A stretch of 64,000 bases of DNA from Octopus sinensis. Taxonomy: Eukaryota. Shown here piece after piece: positions 50,975 through 63,975 of the stretch (positions within the stretch are counted from its first letter, which is position 1; every line of letters starts with the position of its first letter). The notes under the pieces were generated by a model. It was not told where the DNA came from. It saw only the letters and a list, made by a program, of their open reading frames with translations, and did not search any database. Both the position numbers and the translations under genes were made by a program. Where the stretch lies: NCBI RefSeq assembly GCF_006345805.1, contig NC_043005.1, positions 17,360,001 through 17,424,000 of the forward strand, given 5' to 3'.

Positions 50975-53900
50975 TTAGGGTTAGGGTTAGGGAAAGGGTT
51001 AGGGTTAAGGTTAGGGTTATGGTTAGGGTTAAGGTTAGGGTTAGGGCTAGGGTTCGGGTTAGGGTTAGGGTTAGGGTTAGTGTTAGGGGTAGGGTAAGGG
51101 CTAAGGTTAGGGCTAGGGTTAGGGTTCGGTTTGGGGTTAGGGTTAGGGTTAGTGTTAGCGCTAGGGCTAGGGTTTGGGCTAGGGTTAGGTTTAGGGTTAG
51201 GGTTAGGTTTAGGGATAGGGTTAGGGTTAGGGTTAGGGTTTAGGTTAGGGTTAGTGATAGGGCTAGCGTCCGAGTAAGGGTTAGGGTTAGGGTAAGGGTT
51301 AGAATTAAGGTTAGGGTTAGGGTTAAGGTTAGGGTTAGGTTTAGGGTTCGGGTCAAGGTTAGTGTTAGGGCTAGGGTTAAGGTTAGGTCTAGGGTTCGGG
51401 TTAGGGTTTGGGTTGGGTTTAGGGTTAGGTCTAAGGCTATGTTTAGGGTTAGAGTTAGGGTAGGAGTTTGGGCTAGGGTTAGGGTTAGGTTTATGGTGAG
51501 GGTTAGGTTTATGGTGAGGTTTAGGGTTGGGTTAGTGTTAGGGCTAGTGCTAGGGTTGGGATTTGGGTTGGGTTAGGTTTAGATCCAGGGTTAGGGTTAA
51601 GGTTAGGGTTAGGGCTAGAGCTAGGGTTAGGGCAAGGGTTAGGGTTAGGGTTAGGGTAAGGGTTGGGATTAGGATTAGGGTTAGGTTTAGGGTGAGGGTA
51701 AGGGTTAAGTTTAGTGTTATGGTTGGGGTTAAGGTTAGGGTTAGGGTTAGCGTTAGGGTTAGGGTTAGGGCTAGGGTTAGGGTTAGGGTTAGAGTTAGGT
51801 TTCGGGTTACGGATAGTTTTAGGGCTAGGGTTAGAGAAAGGGTTAGGGTTAGGTTTAGGGTGAGGGTTAGGGTTAGGGTTAGGGCTAGGGTTAGGGTTAG
51901 GGTGAGTGTTAGGGTTAGGGTAAAGGTTAGGGTTAGTGTTATGGCTAGGGTTAGGGTTAGGGTTAGGGTTATGGTTATTGTTAGGGTTACGGTTACGGTA
52001 AGGGTTAGGGTTACGATTAGGGCTAGGTTTAAGGTTAGGGTTAGGGTTAGGGTTAGGGTTAGGGTTAGGGCTAGAGTTAGGGTTAAAGCAAGGGTTAGGG
52101 TTAGGGTTAGGGTGAGGGTTAGTGTTAGGGTTAGGTTAGGGTTTGGGTTAGGGTTAGGGCTGGGGTTATGTTAGGGTTAGGGTTAGGGTTAGAGTTAGGG
52201 TTAGAGTTAGGGGTAGGGTTATGGTTAGGGTTCGGGTTAGGTCTAGGGCTAGGGTTAGAATAGGATTAGGGTTAGGGTTAGGGTAAGAGTTAGGGTTGCG
52301 GCAAGGGTTACGGTTACGGTTAGGGTTATGGTAAGTGTTAGGGTTAGGGTTAGGGTTAGGGTTAGTTTTAGGTTTATGATTAGGGTATGGTTAGTGTTAC
52401 TATTATGTTTAGGGTTAGGGTTAGGGTTAGTGTTTGGTTAAGGTTAGAATTAGGTTTATGGTTAGAATTAGGGTTAGGGTTGGGGCTAGGCCTAGGGTTT
52501 GGGATAAGGTTAGGGTTACGGTTAGTTTCAGGGTTTGGGCTAGGGTTAGGGTAGGAGTTTGGGCTAGGTTTACGCTTAGGGTTAGGGACAGGGTTAGGGT
52601 TAAGGTTAGGGTTAGGGTTAGTGTTAGGGTTAGGCTTAGTGTTAGGGTTAAAGTTAGGGTTAGGTTTAGGGTTAGGGTTAGGGTTACTTTTTGGGCTCGG
52701 TTTAGTTTTAAGGTTAGGGTTTCGGTGTGGGCTAGGGTTAGTGTTAGGGTTAGGGTAAGTGTTTGTGTTAGGGTTAGTGTTAGGATTAGGGATAGTGTTG
52801 GGGTTAGGGTAAGGGTTTGGGTTAAGGTTAGGTTTAGGGTTAGGGTTAGGGTTAGTGTTAGGGTCAGTGTTAGGTTTAGTGTTAGGGTTAGGGATAGAGC
52901 TAGGTTTAGGGTTAGGGTTAGGGTTAGGGTTATGGTTACGGTTAGGGTTAGGGTTGGGATTTGGTTTAGGGTTAGGATTAGGGATTGGGCTAGTTTTAAG
53001 GTTAGGGTTTCGGTGTGGGCTAGGGTTAGTGTTAGGGTTAGGGTAAGTGTTTGTGTTAGGGTTAGTGTTAGGATTAGGGATAGTGTTGGGGTTAGGGTAA
53101 GGGTTTGGGTTAAGGTTAGGTTTAGGGTTAGGGTTAGGGTTAGTGTTAGGGTCAGTGTTAGGTTTAGTGTTAGGGTTAGGGATAGAGCTAGGTTTAGGGT
53201 TAGGGTTAGGGTTAGGGTTATGGTTACGGTTAGGGTTAGGGTTGGGATTTGGTTTAGGGTTAGGATTAGGGATTGGGCTAGTTTTAAGGTTAGGGTTTCG
53301 GTGTGGGCTAGGGTTAGTGTTAGGATTAGGGTAAGTGTTTGTGTTAGGGTTAGTGTTAGGATTAGGGATAGTGTTGGGGTTAGGGTAAGGGTTCGGGTTA
53401 AGGTTAGATTTAGGTTACGGTTAGGTTTCGGGTTGGGGTTAGGGTTAGTGTTAGGGTTAGGGATAGGGTTAGGGTTAGGGTTAGGGTTAGGATTGGGCTA
53501 GGGTTAGGTTTAGGGTTAGAGTTAGAGTTAGGGTTAGGGTTAGAGTTAGGGTTAGGTTTAGGGTTAGGTTTAGGGTTAGGTTTAGGGGTAGGTTTAGGGT
53601 TATGTTTGGGGTTAGGGTTAGTTTGAGATTTAGGGTTAGGGTTAGTGTTAGGTTTAGGGTTATGGTTAGGGTTAGGGTTCGGTCTAGGGCTAGGTTTAGG
53701 GTTAGGGTTAGGGTTAGGGATTGGGCTACGGTTAGGGTTAGGGTTAGGGTTAAGGTTAGGGTTAGGGTTAGTGTTAGGGTCAGTGTTAGTTTAGTGTTAG
53801 GGTTAGGGTAAGGGCTAGGGTTAGGGATAGAGCTAGGTTTAGGGTTAGGGTTAGGGTTATGGTTACGGTTAGGGTTAGGGTTGGGATTTGGTTTAGGGTT

Positions 53901-55525
53901 AGGGTTAGGATTAAGATTGGGGCTAGGGTTCGTGTAAATTTAGGATTATGGTTATGGTTAACGTTAGGTTTAGTGTTCGGGTTAGGGTTAGGGTTAGGTT
54001 TAAGGATAGGGTTAGGGTTACGGTTTGGGTTTTGGGTTAGCGTTAGGTTTTGGGTTAGGGTTCGGGTTAGGGTTAGTGTACGGTAGGGTTAGGGTTAGGA
54101 TTAGGGTTAAGTTTAGGGTTAGGGGCATGGTTAGGGTTAGGTTTAGGTTTAGGGTTAGGGTTAGGGCTAGGTTTAGGGTTACGGTTAAGGTTACGGTTAG
54201 GGTTGGGATAGGGATAGGGTTAGGTTTCAAGCTAGGGCTAGGGTTATGTCTAGGTTTAGGTTTAGGGTTAGGGTTTGGGCTGGGGTTAGGGTTAGGGTTT
54301 GGGTTAGGGTTAGTGTTAGGGTTAGGTTTAGGGTTGGGGTAGGGTTAGGGCTAGGGTTAGGGTTTAGGGTTAGGATTGGGCTAGGGTTAGGTTTAGGGTT
54401 AGAGTTAGAGTTAGGGTTAGGGTTAGAGTTAGGGTTAGGTTTAGGGTTAGGTTTAGAGTTAGGTTTAGGGTTATGTTTGGGGTTAGGGTTAGTTTGAGAT
54501 TTAGGGTTAGGGTTAGTGTTAGGTTTAGGGTTATGGTTAGGGTTAGGGTTCGGTCTAGGGCTAGGTTTAGGGTTAGGGTTAGGGTTAAGGTTAGGGTTAG
54601 GGTTAGTGTTAGGGTCAGTGTTAGGTTTAGTGTTAGGGTTAGGGTAAGGGCTAGGGTTAGGGATAGAGCTAGGTTTAGGGTTAGGGTTAGGGTTATGGTT
54701 ACGGTTAGGGTTAGGGTTGGGATTTGGTTTAGGGTTAGGGTTAGGATTAAGATTGGGGCTAGGGTTCGTGTAAATTTAGGATTATGGTTATGGTTAACGT
54801 TAGGTTTAGTGTTCGGGTTAGGGTTAGGGTTAGGTTTAAGGATAGGGTTAGGGTTACGGTTTGGGTTTTGGGTTAGCGTTAGGTTTTGGGTTAGGGTTCG
54901 GGTTAGGGTTAGTGTTACGGTAGGGTTAGGGTTAGGATTAGGGTTAAGTTTAGGGTTAGGGGCATGGTTAGGGTTAGGTTTAGGTTTAGGGTTAGGGTTA
55001 GGGCTAGGTTTAGGGTTACGGTTAAGGTTACGGTTAGGGTTGGGATAGGGATAGGGTTAGGTTTCAAGCTAGGGCTAGGGTTATGTCTAGGTTTAGGTTT
55101 AGGGTTAGGGTTTGGGCTGGGGTTAGGGTTAGGGTTTGGGTTAGGGTTAGTGTTAGGGTTAGGTTTAGGGTTGGGGTTAGGGTTAGGGCTAGGGTTAGGG
55201 TTTGGGTTAGGGTTAGGGTTAGTGATAGGGTTATGGTTAGGTTTAGGTCTACGGTTAGGATTACGTTTAGGGTTAGTTTTAGGGCTAGGGTTAGGGTTAT
55301 GGATAGGGTTAGGGTTAGGGTGAAGTTTAGGTTCAGGTATAGGTTTAGGGTTAAGAGTTTGGGTTTGGGTTAGGGTTAGGGTTAGGGTTTGGGTTGGATA
55401 GATGGGTGGATGGCTGGATGGATGGATGAGCGGACGGACGGATGGATGGATGGATGGATGGATGGATGGTGTAATTAGGGTGAGGGTTAGTGTTAGTGTT
55501 AGGGTTAGTGTTGGGTTAGTGTTAT
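50975..55525 (+). repeat. Degenerate interstitial telomere-like (TTAGGG)n tract with 288-bp and ~836-871-bp higher-order repeats
   Basis: TTAGGG plus variants TTAGTG, CTAGGG, TTCGGG, TTATGG and TTTAGGG; ordinary DNA on both sides. Confidence 0.95.
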
Positions 55526-55532
55526 CCTCATA

Positions 55533-55565
55533 GATATAGATAGATAGACTGACAGACAGACAGGC

Positions 55566-55605
<40 letters not shown>

Positions 55606-55606
55606 T

Positions 55607-55658
<52 letters not shown>

Positions 55659-55697
55659 TCCAGACAGACAGACAGATAGATAGATAGACAGACAGAC

Positions 55698-55785
<88 letters not shown>

Positions 55786-55861
55786 GAGTAGATAAATAGA
55801 TAGACAGACAGGCAGATAGATAGATGGATAGATAGATGATAGATAGAAGAGACAGACAGAC

Positions 55862-55941
<80 letters not shown>

Positions 55942-55969
55942 GAGTAGATAAATAGATAGACAGACAGGC

Positions 55970-56038
<69 letters not shown>

Positions 56039-56039
56039 C
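55533..56039. repeat. (GATA)n/(GACA)n microsatellite
   Basis: Direct reading. Confidence 0.95.
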
Positions 56040-56494
56040 GTGAGTGTTACGTGTTGACGTGTTTGCGAGAGAGTGAAGTGTAGGGTGTGTGCGTATATAT
56101 TTATGTATGTTTATCACTGCTTTCCATCTTTGCCTATTCTTTTCATTTCGCAACAGTATTCAATCAAGTTGCTCTCATGAGGTAACCGACCAACTTGAGC
56201 CACACCTAACGTGTGGAATTTTGACTACGAAAGCACAACAATACAGTAAAATCACAGAGTGGCACTTCTTACGGGTTTTTGTTCTTTTTAATGCCTTAGC
56301 CAAAGGAAAAAACATGTACATCATACTTGTTCCACCGCAGGGAACATGAGGTAAATAGTAAGGGAAGCCCGAAGACCTGACTTGAATGAAAACCTGCATA
56401 GAGTGAAAACTGGAAGAAACATACTCGAAGCCCAAGTGGTAGTGTTAAACCGAGTGGTGGGTGGATTAAGAGCAGCACCCAAGAATAAGCGGTG

Positions 56495-57305
56495 AGCTGG
56501 CAGAAACGTTAGCACGCCAGGCGAAATTCTTAGCGGTATTTCGTCTGCCGTTACGTTCTGAGTTCAAATTCCGCCGAGGTCGACTTTGCCGTTCATCCTT
56601 TCGGGGTCGATAAATTAAGTACCTGTTACACACTGGGGTCGATGTAATCGACTTAATACCTATGTTTGTCCTTGTTTGTCCCCTCTGTGTTTAGCCCCTT
56701 GTGGGTAATAAAGAAATAGGTATTTCGTCTGCCGTTACGTTCTGAGTTCAAATTCCGCCGAGGTCGACTTTGCCGTTCACCCTTTCGGGATCGATAAATT
56801 AAGTACCAGTAACGCACTGGGGTCGATGTAATCGACTTAATCCGTTTGTCTGTCCTTGTTTGTCCCCTCTATGTTTGGCCCCTTGTGGGCAATAAAGAAA
56901 TAAGAAACGTTAGCACGCCAGGCGAAATGATTAGCGGTATTTCGTCTGTCGTTACGTTGTGGGTTCAAATTCCCCCGAGGTCGACTTTGCCTTTCATCCT
57001 TTCGGGGTCGATAAATTAAGTACCAGTTACACACTGGGTCGATGTAATCGACTTAATACCTATGTCTGTCCTTGTTTGTCCCCTCTATGTTTAGCCCCTT
57101 GTGGGTAATAAAGAAATAGGTATTTCGTCCGTCTTTACGTTCTGAGTTCAAATTCCACCGAGGTCGACTTTGCCGTTCATCCTTTCGGGGTCGATAAATT
57201 AAGTAGCAGTTACGCACTGGGGTCGATGTAATCGACTTAATCCGTTTGTCTGTCCTTGTTTGTCCCCTTTATGTTTAGCTCCTTGAGGGCAATAAAGAAA
57301 TAAGA
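56495..57305 (+). mobile_element. SINE B tetramer (head-body-body, twice)
   Basis: Four bodies with recurrent junctions. Confidence 0.85.
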
Positions 57306-57769
57306 ATTGGTCAACCCTGACAGATTTCCACACAGTTTCTGCCTTCCAAATATCAGTACTGAGGTTTCGGCCTACCCGTGGATATGGTACAAGATACCTG
57401 TCGAATAGAGGTCGATCCCGAAACCAGCTGCTTGCGAAGCGAACTTCTTAACCACACAGCAGTTAGTTCCTTAGATCTTTCCGACTGAGATACTGCTCAT
57501 CCGTAGCAAGTCGCTGAAGTTCTGTGGGCCAGCTAAAAATAGCAGCCAAATTTCCTTCGAATCACACACATTTGTCTTCTTGGAAAAAAGAAAGACATTG
57601 GATAATGTAGTCAGAGGTAGATTGTCTGAAAATATGACAGGATGTTCATAAACGGAACGCTGTGACGTTTGGTGTATTTAATCATAGCCAACAACAACAA
57701 CAACAACAACAACAACCTACGTCACTAATACTTGAGCACTGACCAACGTTGTTTACTGATACATGACGC

Positions 57770-57810
<41 letters not shown>

Positions 57811-58108
57811 CAGCAGCAGAATTTGGACCTGGAGATCTCTATTTCCAGCGACGTCGAGTACCAGTTACTTAATCCGTTTGTCTGTCCTTGTTTGTCCCCT
57901 CTATGTTTAGCCCCTTGTGGGCAATAAAGAAATAAGAAATGGTCAGCCCTGACCTCCCAGTGGTGTCGGGCGTCAACGAAGAGCCCTCGACTACAACAAG
58001 ACGACCAAAGTTTTTTTTTTTTTCCAAAGTCTGGGGGTCTCCCGCCCCTAAGCCCTAGACCATCACCTAATCACCCTTATCCATCTTGTTGCTTAACAAC
58101 AACACCCT

Positions 58109-58143
<35 letters not shown>

Positions 58144-58169
58144 TAGTAGTAGTAGTAGTAGTAGTAGTT

Positions 58170-58245
<76 letters not shown>

Positions 58246-58473
58246 AGTTGCATTTGTTTAATAACACCAGGTCAAAATTGTGGTTGAGCAGATGCGGGAA
58301 TGGGAATGAAGCTTGCGTTTACACTTGAACCAAAACTTTGCCGTCGCGTTTTCTTGCGCAGAAGGCGTGTCAGCTCTACCTCACACACACACACACACAC
58401 AACACACACACAACACACACACACACACATATACTCACTGTGGTAAATTTTATTCTTACAGTGGTGTGCCGCC

Positions 58474-58915
58474 AATGGATCTTTTCGGTTTGAACGGCAG
58501 TTTTTTCTAGCGGTGTCATATGAAATTGTCACCCATAATTATGACACTAGTATCGATCTATTGCATTTCAATCTGTTTTAGGGTTAGGGTTAGCTAGTGT
58601 TAGGGTTAGGGCTGGGGGAAAAGGTATCTTTTTTTCTTCACAAATGTAAATAAACCCAATCTGTTTCTTAAACGAGGGACATATTCATACGGCACAGAAT
58701 GTGTTTTTTTACCTCAATAGACGTGAGTGATTGGTTGAAATTGCAGAAATTGAAGAAAAAAAACAGTAAATATCTTACAAACTATAGAATTTTCTCAATA
58801 AAGCCAAGAGAAAAAGATGTTTTATAAACACATTCTACCTGTATACGAAGTTTAAAATTTTTTAGTTACCTAGAAATTATGTTTAAAACTACCGTTCAAA
58901 CCGAAAAGATCCATT
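58474..58915. mobile_element. MITE with ~31-bp TIRs and an internal TTAGGG-like tract
   Basis: AATGGATCTTTTCGGTTTGAACGGCAGTTTT / AAAACTACCGTTCAAACCGAAAAGATCCATT. Confidence 0.8.
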
Positions 58916-59230
58916 CAGTATTTATGAAACAGGAGCTAGCTAAAAGCCTGAAAACAAACATGGACATTTTAGGACATTTCAGAAAACGCTTTCGACTGGT
59001 AAAGAGTTAAATATATATCAGTTAGTGACTTCCATATTTTGAATAACATTCACGTCATTAATCTATTTTTATTTATTTATTTTCTGGACGCTTTATTCCA
59101 CTTCTTCATCTTACACGTTGATAAACATAAATGATAAGGAAAACAGTTACTACCACTCCAACTTCCTTCAGTTTGAACAACAGGTGGCGCTACTGTCAGA
59201 TAGTGGCAGACAGTTTTGTTTCTCTCTCTG

Positions 59231-59328
<98 letters not shown>

Positions 59329-60354
59329 TCTCTCGCTCTCTCTCTCGCTCTCTCTCTTTCTCTCTCTCTCTCCTATAAATTCCCACCGGTAGACAGACAG
59401 TACAAAACAATAAACTTTACTGGTACAAACTTCAACTGCACTACGGAATTTAATGTGTATATGAGTGGAGGTAGAGTGGTGGGGAGCAAGAATAGCGTCT
59501 GTGAAAAAGCTGAGAACATTTAAAATACAAACTTAAATAAGGGCCATAGTCAGTTTATCTATCGCATAGGGTGAGTGTCAACTTATGTCAAGAGGCGATT
59601 TCAACCACGCCACTTCTTAGTGTTTGAGCGTTCCTTAATCATCTTAGTCTGGTTACGTCATTCCATATAGAACCCAAAGACCGTAGTCCTTGACTCAAGT
59701 AGCTTTCATACATTCTTGCTCTTTCTCTCTTTTAATGGGTGCGGTTCCTAAAAAAGAACTATTTGGAACAGATATTATTATACGCTACAATAATAAGCAG
59801 TGGTGTGCCAGAAACATAGAGCGCCGTATTAAATATCAGGCAGTATTTAGTTCTGTTCCCGTATGTTCTGTGATCAAATCACGCTAGTATCGACTTTTGC
59901 CTTTTACTCTTCCAGGGGTTAAATATAAATACCATTCATGTAGGGGAGTTGATCATATCCATGAAATTCCTTCCCATTCAGGTTATTCCTGTCTAAAAAC
60001 ACAATTTCATTTGCGACCATTCCATTCTTCTCTCGAATATTGCATATCTAAGGCTTCGTTATTTAATGTATCTCTCCGTTTTCAATATGGTAGGGCAGCT
60101 CATTTAACTTTTGAATGCGATAACTTTCTTAAGAAAGATGTGCGATGGACCAGATAATATTATATGGTAATGAAATAAGGTGACCGACTAACGACATTGT
60201 CAGAGCGTCGGAAAATAATATCTTATGTTATTTCTTCCGGCTCCTAACATTCTAATTTGAAAAACCGTCGATGTCAACCTTTCTTCCACCCCGGCGGGGA
60301 TGATAAAGTATAGTACTAGTCCACAACTAGGGTCGACGACATTTTTTTTTTAAA

Positions 60355-60753
60355 TATGTTTTTTTTTACCTCAATAGACGTGAGTGATTGGTTGAAATTG
60401 CAGAAATTGAAGAAAAAAAACAACAAATATCTTACAAACCATAGAATTTTCTCAATAAAGCCAAGGGAAAGAGATGTTTTATAAACACATTCTACCAGTA
60501 TACGAAGTTTAAAATTTTTTAGTTACCTAGAAAGTATGTTTAAAACTGCCGTTCAAACCGAAAAGATCCATTCAGTATTTATGAAACAGGAGCTAACTAA
60601 CCCTAACTAACCCTAACCCTAAAACAGATTGAAATGCAATAGATCGATACTAGGGTCATAATTATGGGTGACAATTTCATATGACACCGCTAGAAAAAAA
60701 CTGCCGTTCAAACCGAAAAGATCCATTGGCGGCACACCACTGTAAGAATAAAA
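60355..60753. repeat. Rearranged duplicate of the 58448-58945 MITE locus (right half direct, left half inverted, both with flanks)
   Basis: Flanks TCAGTATTTATGAAACAGGAGCTA and (rc) TTTTATTCTTACAGTGGTGTGCCGCC are both duplicated. Confidence 0.85.
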
Positions 60754-60982
60754 AATTCTGTTTTTGTTTTGACAACGAAAACAGGTGAAGACTTAGAGCA
60801 AAGCTTCGAATTATATACATTAACACCAAGACTAAATTTAAAACAAAGAATAAAAATCGCTGGCCTTGTGCCTAAATTAGATATTATTATATAGTAATGA
60901 AAGACAAGGAATGTGGAATGGCAAACTGGAATGTTAGAGCACCGACCTAAATTATTTTTATATATCATTAATGTCATTATGG

Positions 60983-61240
60983 GTGGAGGCGCGTGGCTTA
61001 GTGGTTAGGGTGTTGAACTCATGATCGTAAGATTGTGGTTTCGAATCCTGGACCGGGCGACGCGTTGTGTTCTAGAGCAAAACACTTCATTTTCACGTTG
61101 CTCCAGTCCACTCAGCAGGCAAAAATGAGTAATCCTGCGACGGACCGGCGTCCCATCCAGGTACGGAATTTCTTCGCCACTGAAATCGGGAAACCGGCCC
61201 TTATGAGCCTGGCATGGCTCGAGAAGGAACATTATTTAGT
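60983..61240 (+). mobile_element. tRNA-derived SINE family D with 16-bp TSD
   Basis: A-box TGGCTTAGTGG, B-box-like GGTTTCGAATCC; TSD ATTAATGTCATTATGG at 60967-60982 and 61241-61256. Confidence 0.8.
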
Positions 61241-61668
61241 ATTAATGTCATTATGGAGAGAGCAACTCAGTTTCGGTCATGTGAACGTAACTCACTTGAT
61301 GAATAAATTTTATAATTCATACACCTTTTGATATAAATTTTATTCGATGCAATGGTGGTAAATCAGTTGAGCAACGGCTGAACTATTCTTACAGGTTTTT
61401 ACATTCAGCTTTTGTAAAGTTTTGCGTTCGTCTCGTTCTGAGGTCAATTTTTATTTTCCGTCTAGTTGTGATCGCAAACTAAATACAAATACAAAGGACT
61501 TTATTAAATCGACGACATCTATTTTACAGAGATGTACTTGCATAGCAAGTAACCTGATCTGAGATCCTGTGCTGAAACTAAAACAACTGCAGCATGGAAG
61601 GTGTTTATAAGCCATTTAAAAAACAAACACACAAAAACCGTTAGATTCACTTCAACATTTAAATGTTA

Positions 61669-61719
61669 TTTGCCAAAATATATTCGTCGCTTTGAGACAG
61701 CGACCTGATCACTGACAAA
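61669..61719 (-). ncRNA. Hammerhead-like motif with G3/C8 core swap
   Basis: TTTGTCA-GTGATCA-G-GTCGC(9 nt)GCGAC-GAA-TATATT-T-TGGCAAA; A15.1 is T in this copy. Confidence 0.4.
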
Positions 61720-62634
61720 ATTCCGTGAAAAAAAAGGAGAAAGTGTTTAGTTTTGTATTTATGTAAGAAATCATTACTCTTAATAGTGGTTTCAATTTTT
61801 GGCACAAGGCCAGCAATTTCGTGTTGAGGTAGTCGATTACATCAACCCAGTACTTGACTGGTACTTAATTTCATCAAACCTGAAGAAATGAAATAAAAAG
61901 TTGACCTTGGCACGATTTGAACTCAGAGCGTTAAAAGAAAAGCAGGACGAAACGATGCAATGCATTTTTCCGGTGCTCTCGCGATTCTGCTAGCTCACCG
62001 CTTTATCGTTGTTATTAATTATAAAGTCAAAGCGGTTCTGAGGATGAAAGATGACTACATGCGAAGAATGCACGATGCCAAGAGAGTCACTTTTGGTAAG
62101 ACTTTTGGACAATAAAAGAGCTCGGGATCATTAATTTCATTATTAGAGAGGTTAATTTAGAGATTAATAAAGGTGAACTTAATAGTTCGAAAAAAAATAT
62201 GATCTAGTACTGTAAAACTCCCTGAAAATGGCCCTTTAACTCTGAATGTCTCGGTTCAACAAATTTCAGGAAAGAGATCTTGGATCTTCAAGGGACATTC
62301 CAAATAAAATGAAAACTTCGGAAAAATATTTCAATAGGAACCTCGGTATAAGGTGTTTGACATGTTTGAAATAGCAGTCAAATTTCCGCATGTAACACCT
62401 CTGTTCCCGTCTTAGAAATGCAGAACACGTCGAGTAGTATGCTCATTAGTACATTGTGGTTAGGAAAAGGTGTTATGGAACGGCTGAATTGCGTTCGACT
62501 ATAGAGTTACTTGATCGCAGCTGAGTTAGGGCTCAACAACTATAATTTGAATGATAAGCTCCTCTCAATATCTCGTCTCCTGGATTTCCAGAAACATTTT
62601 TCTCACTCCATATTCCCTTTCTTCGATGGAATAG

Positions 62635-62698
62635 TTGTGGACTTGGTAGACGCAAACTGAAAGAAGCCATCGTGTATAATATATACATACATTATATA

Positions 62699-62738
<40 letters not shown>

Positions 62739-62897
62739 ATCCAAACAAGAAAGCACAAAAAACACAACAACGCGAGGACGTGGAACAAATAAAGTATTAT
62801 TGGACGCTCAGGAAAGAAGGAGGGTTTAACGTTTCGAGCGGAGCTCTTCGTCGGAAACATAGGAGAAGGAAAGATCCAGAGAATGGAAGACAGAGGA

Positions 62898-62949
<52 letters not shown>

Positions 62950-63190
62950 TGTATGAATGCGTGTATGTATATTTTTATGTGTGTGTGCGTCTTCGTGTCA
63001 GTGTTCGTCCCCACACCATCACCGCTTGACAACCGGTGTTGGTGTGTTTACATTCCCCCTAACTTAGCTATTCGGCAAAAGAGGCCGACAGAATAAGTAC
63101 TAGGCTTTAAAGAATAAGTCCTGGAGACGATTTGTTCGACTAAAAAAAAGCCCTCCAAGGCGGTGCTCCAGCATAGCCGCAGTCAAATAG
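62635..63190 (+). mobile_element. SINE A (headless) with a hammerhead-bearing element (62735-62897, minus; motif 62824-62858) in its (TA)n
   Basis: Minus strand: GTTT-CCGACGA-A-GAGC-TCC-GCTC-GAAAC-GTT-AAAC. Confidence 0.75.
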
Positions 63191-63440
63191 CTGAAACAAG
63201 AAAAAAACATATACGCACACATCATGATAGCTTGTTTCGTCGTCCTATTTAACCCTTCAACATTCCGATAATGCTTGTTCATTAACATTACTTTTATCTT
63301 ATTATATATTATTATCTTGTAGCTTTGAGATTTCGATGATGTGATTGTATGTTTTCAGAATGGCGTTTTAGGGTAGGTGTGAAAAGCCAGATCTGACAAG
63401 TCTGAACGTAAAACAGGTAAAATATATGGCAGATTTAAGG

Positions 63441-63520
63441 CGGCGAGCTGGCAGAAATGTTAGCACGCCGGGCGAAATGCTTAGACGGAAACTGAAAGAA
63501 GCCGTCGTTTATATATATAT

Positions 63521-63583
<63 letters not shown>

Positions 63584-63975
63584 GTATGTATATATATATA
63601 GGGGAGAATTCACAAAAACAAAAGACGAAGACAGGTCGTGTAGACAACAAACAGATGTATTAGTATAACACTCGGAAAGTGAAAAAGTCTTTAACGTTTC
63701 GAGCCTATGCTCTTCCACAGAAAGGAACACAGAAAGAAACAAGGAGAGAAAATAAGAATGTGTAGTGGCTAGTGATTTGTGTGTTTGTGTTTGTCCTCCC
63801 GCACCATCGCTTGACAACCGATGTTGGTTTGTTAACGCCCCGTAACTTAGCGGTTCGCCAAACCGACCAATAGGTAAGTACTAAGCTTACAAAGAATAAG
63901 TCATGGGGTCGATTTGTTCGAATAAAGGCGATGCACCAGCATGGCCACAGTCAAATGACTGAAACAAATAAAAGA
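63441..63975 (+). mobile_element. SINE B head / SINE A body chimera with a hammerhead-bearing element (~63600-63775, minus; motif 63689-63724) in its (TA)n
   Basis: Junction GAAATGCTTAG|ACGGAAACTG; insert homologous to 23775-23975 but in the opposite orientation. Confidence 0.75.

Noticed and set aside
50975-55395. True chromosome end
   Set aside because: Repeats are heavily degenerate with higher-order structure and sequence continues distally; only a mis-join would rescue this reading
50854-56153. Long RVRVRV, LGLGLG and PNPNP ORFs
   Set aside because: Translations of TTAGGG-like repeats
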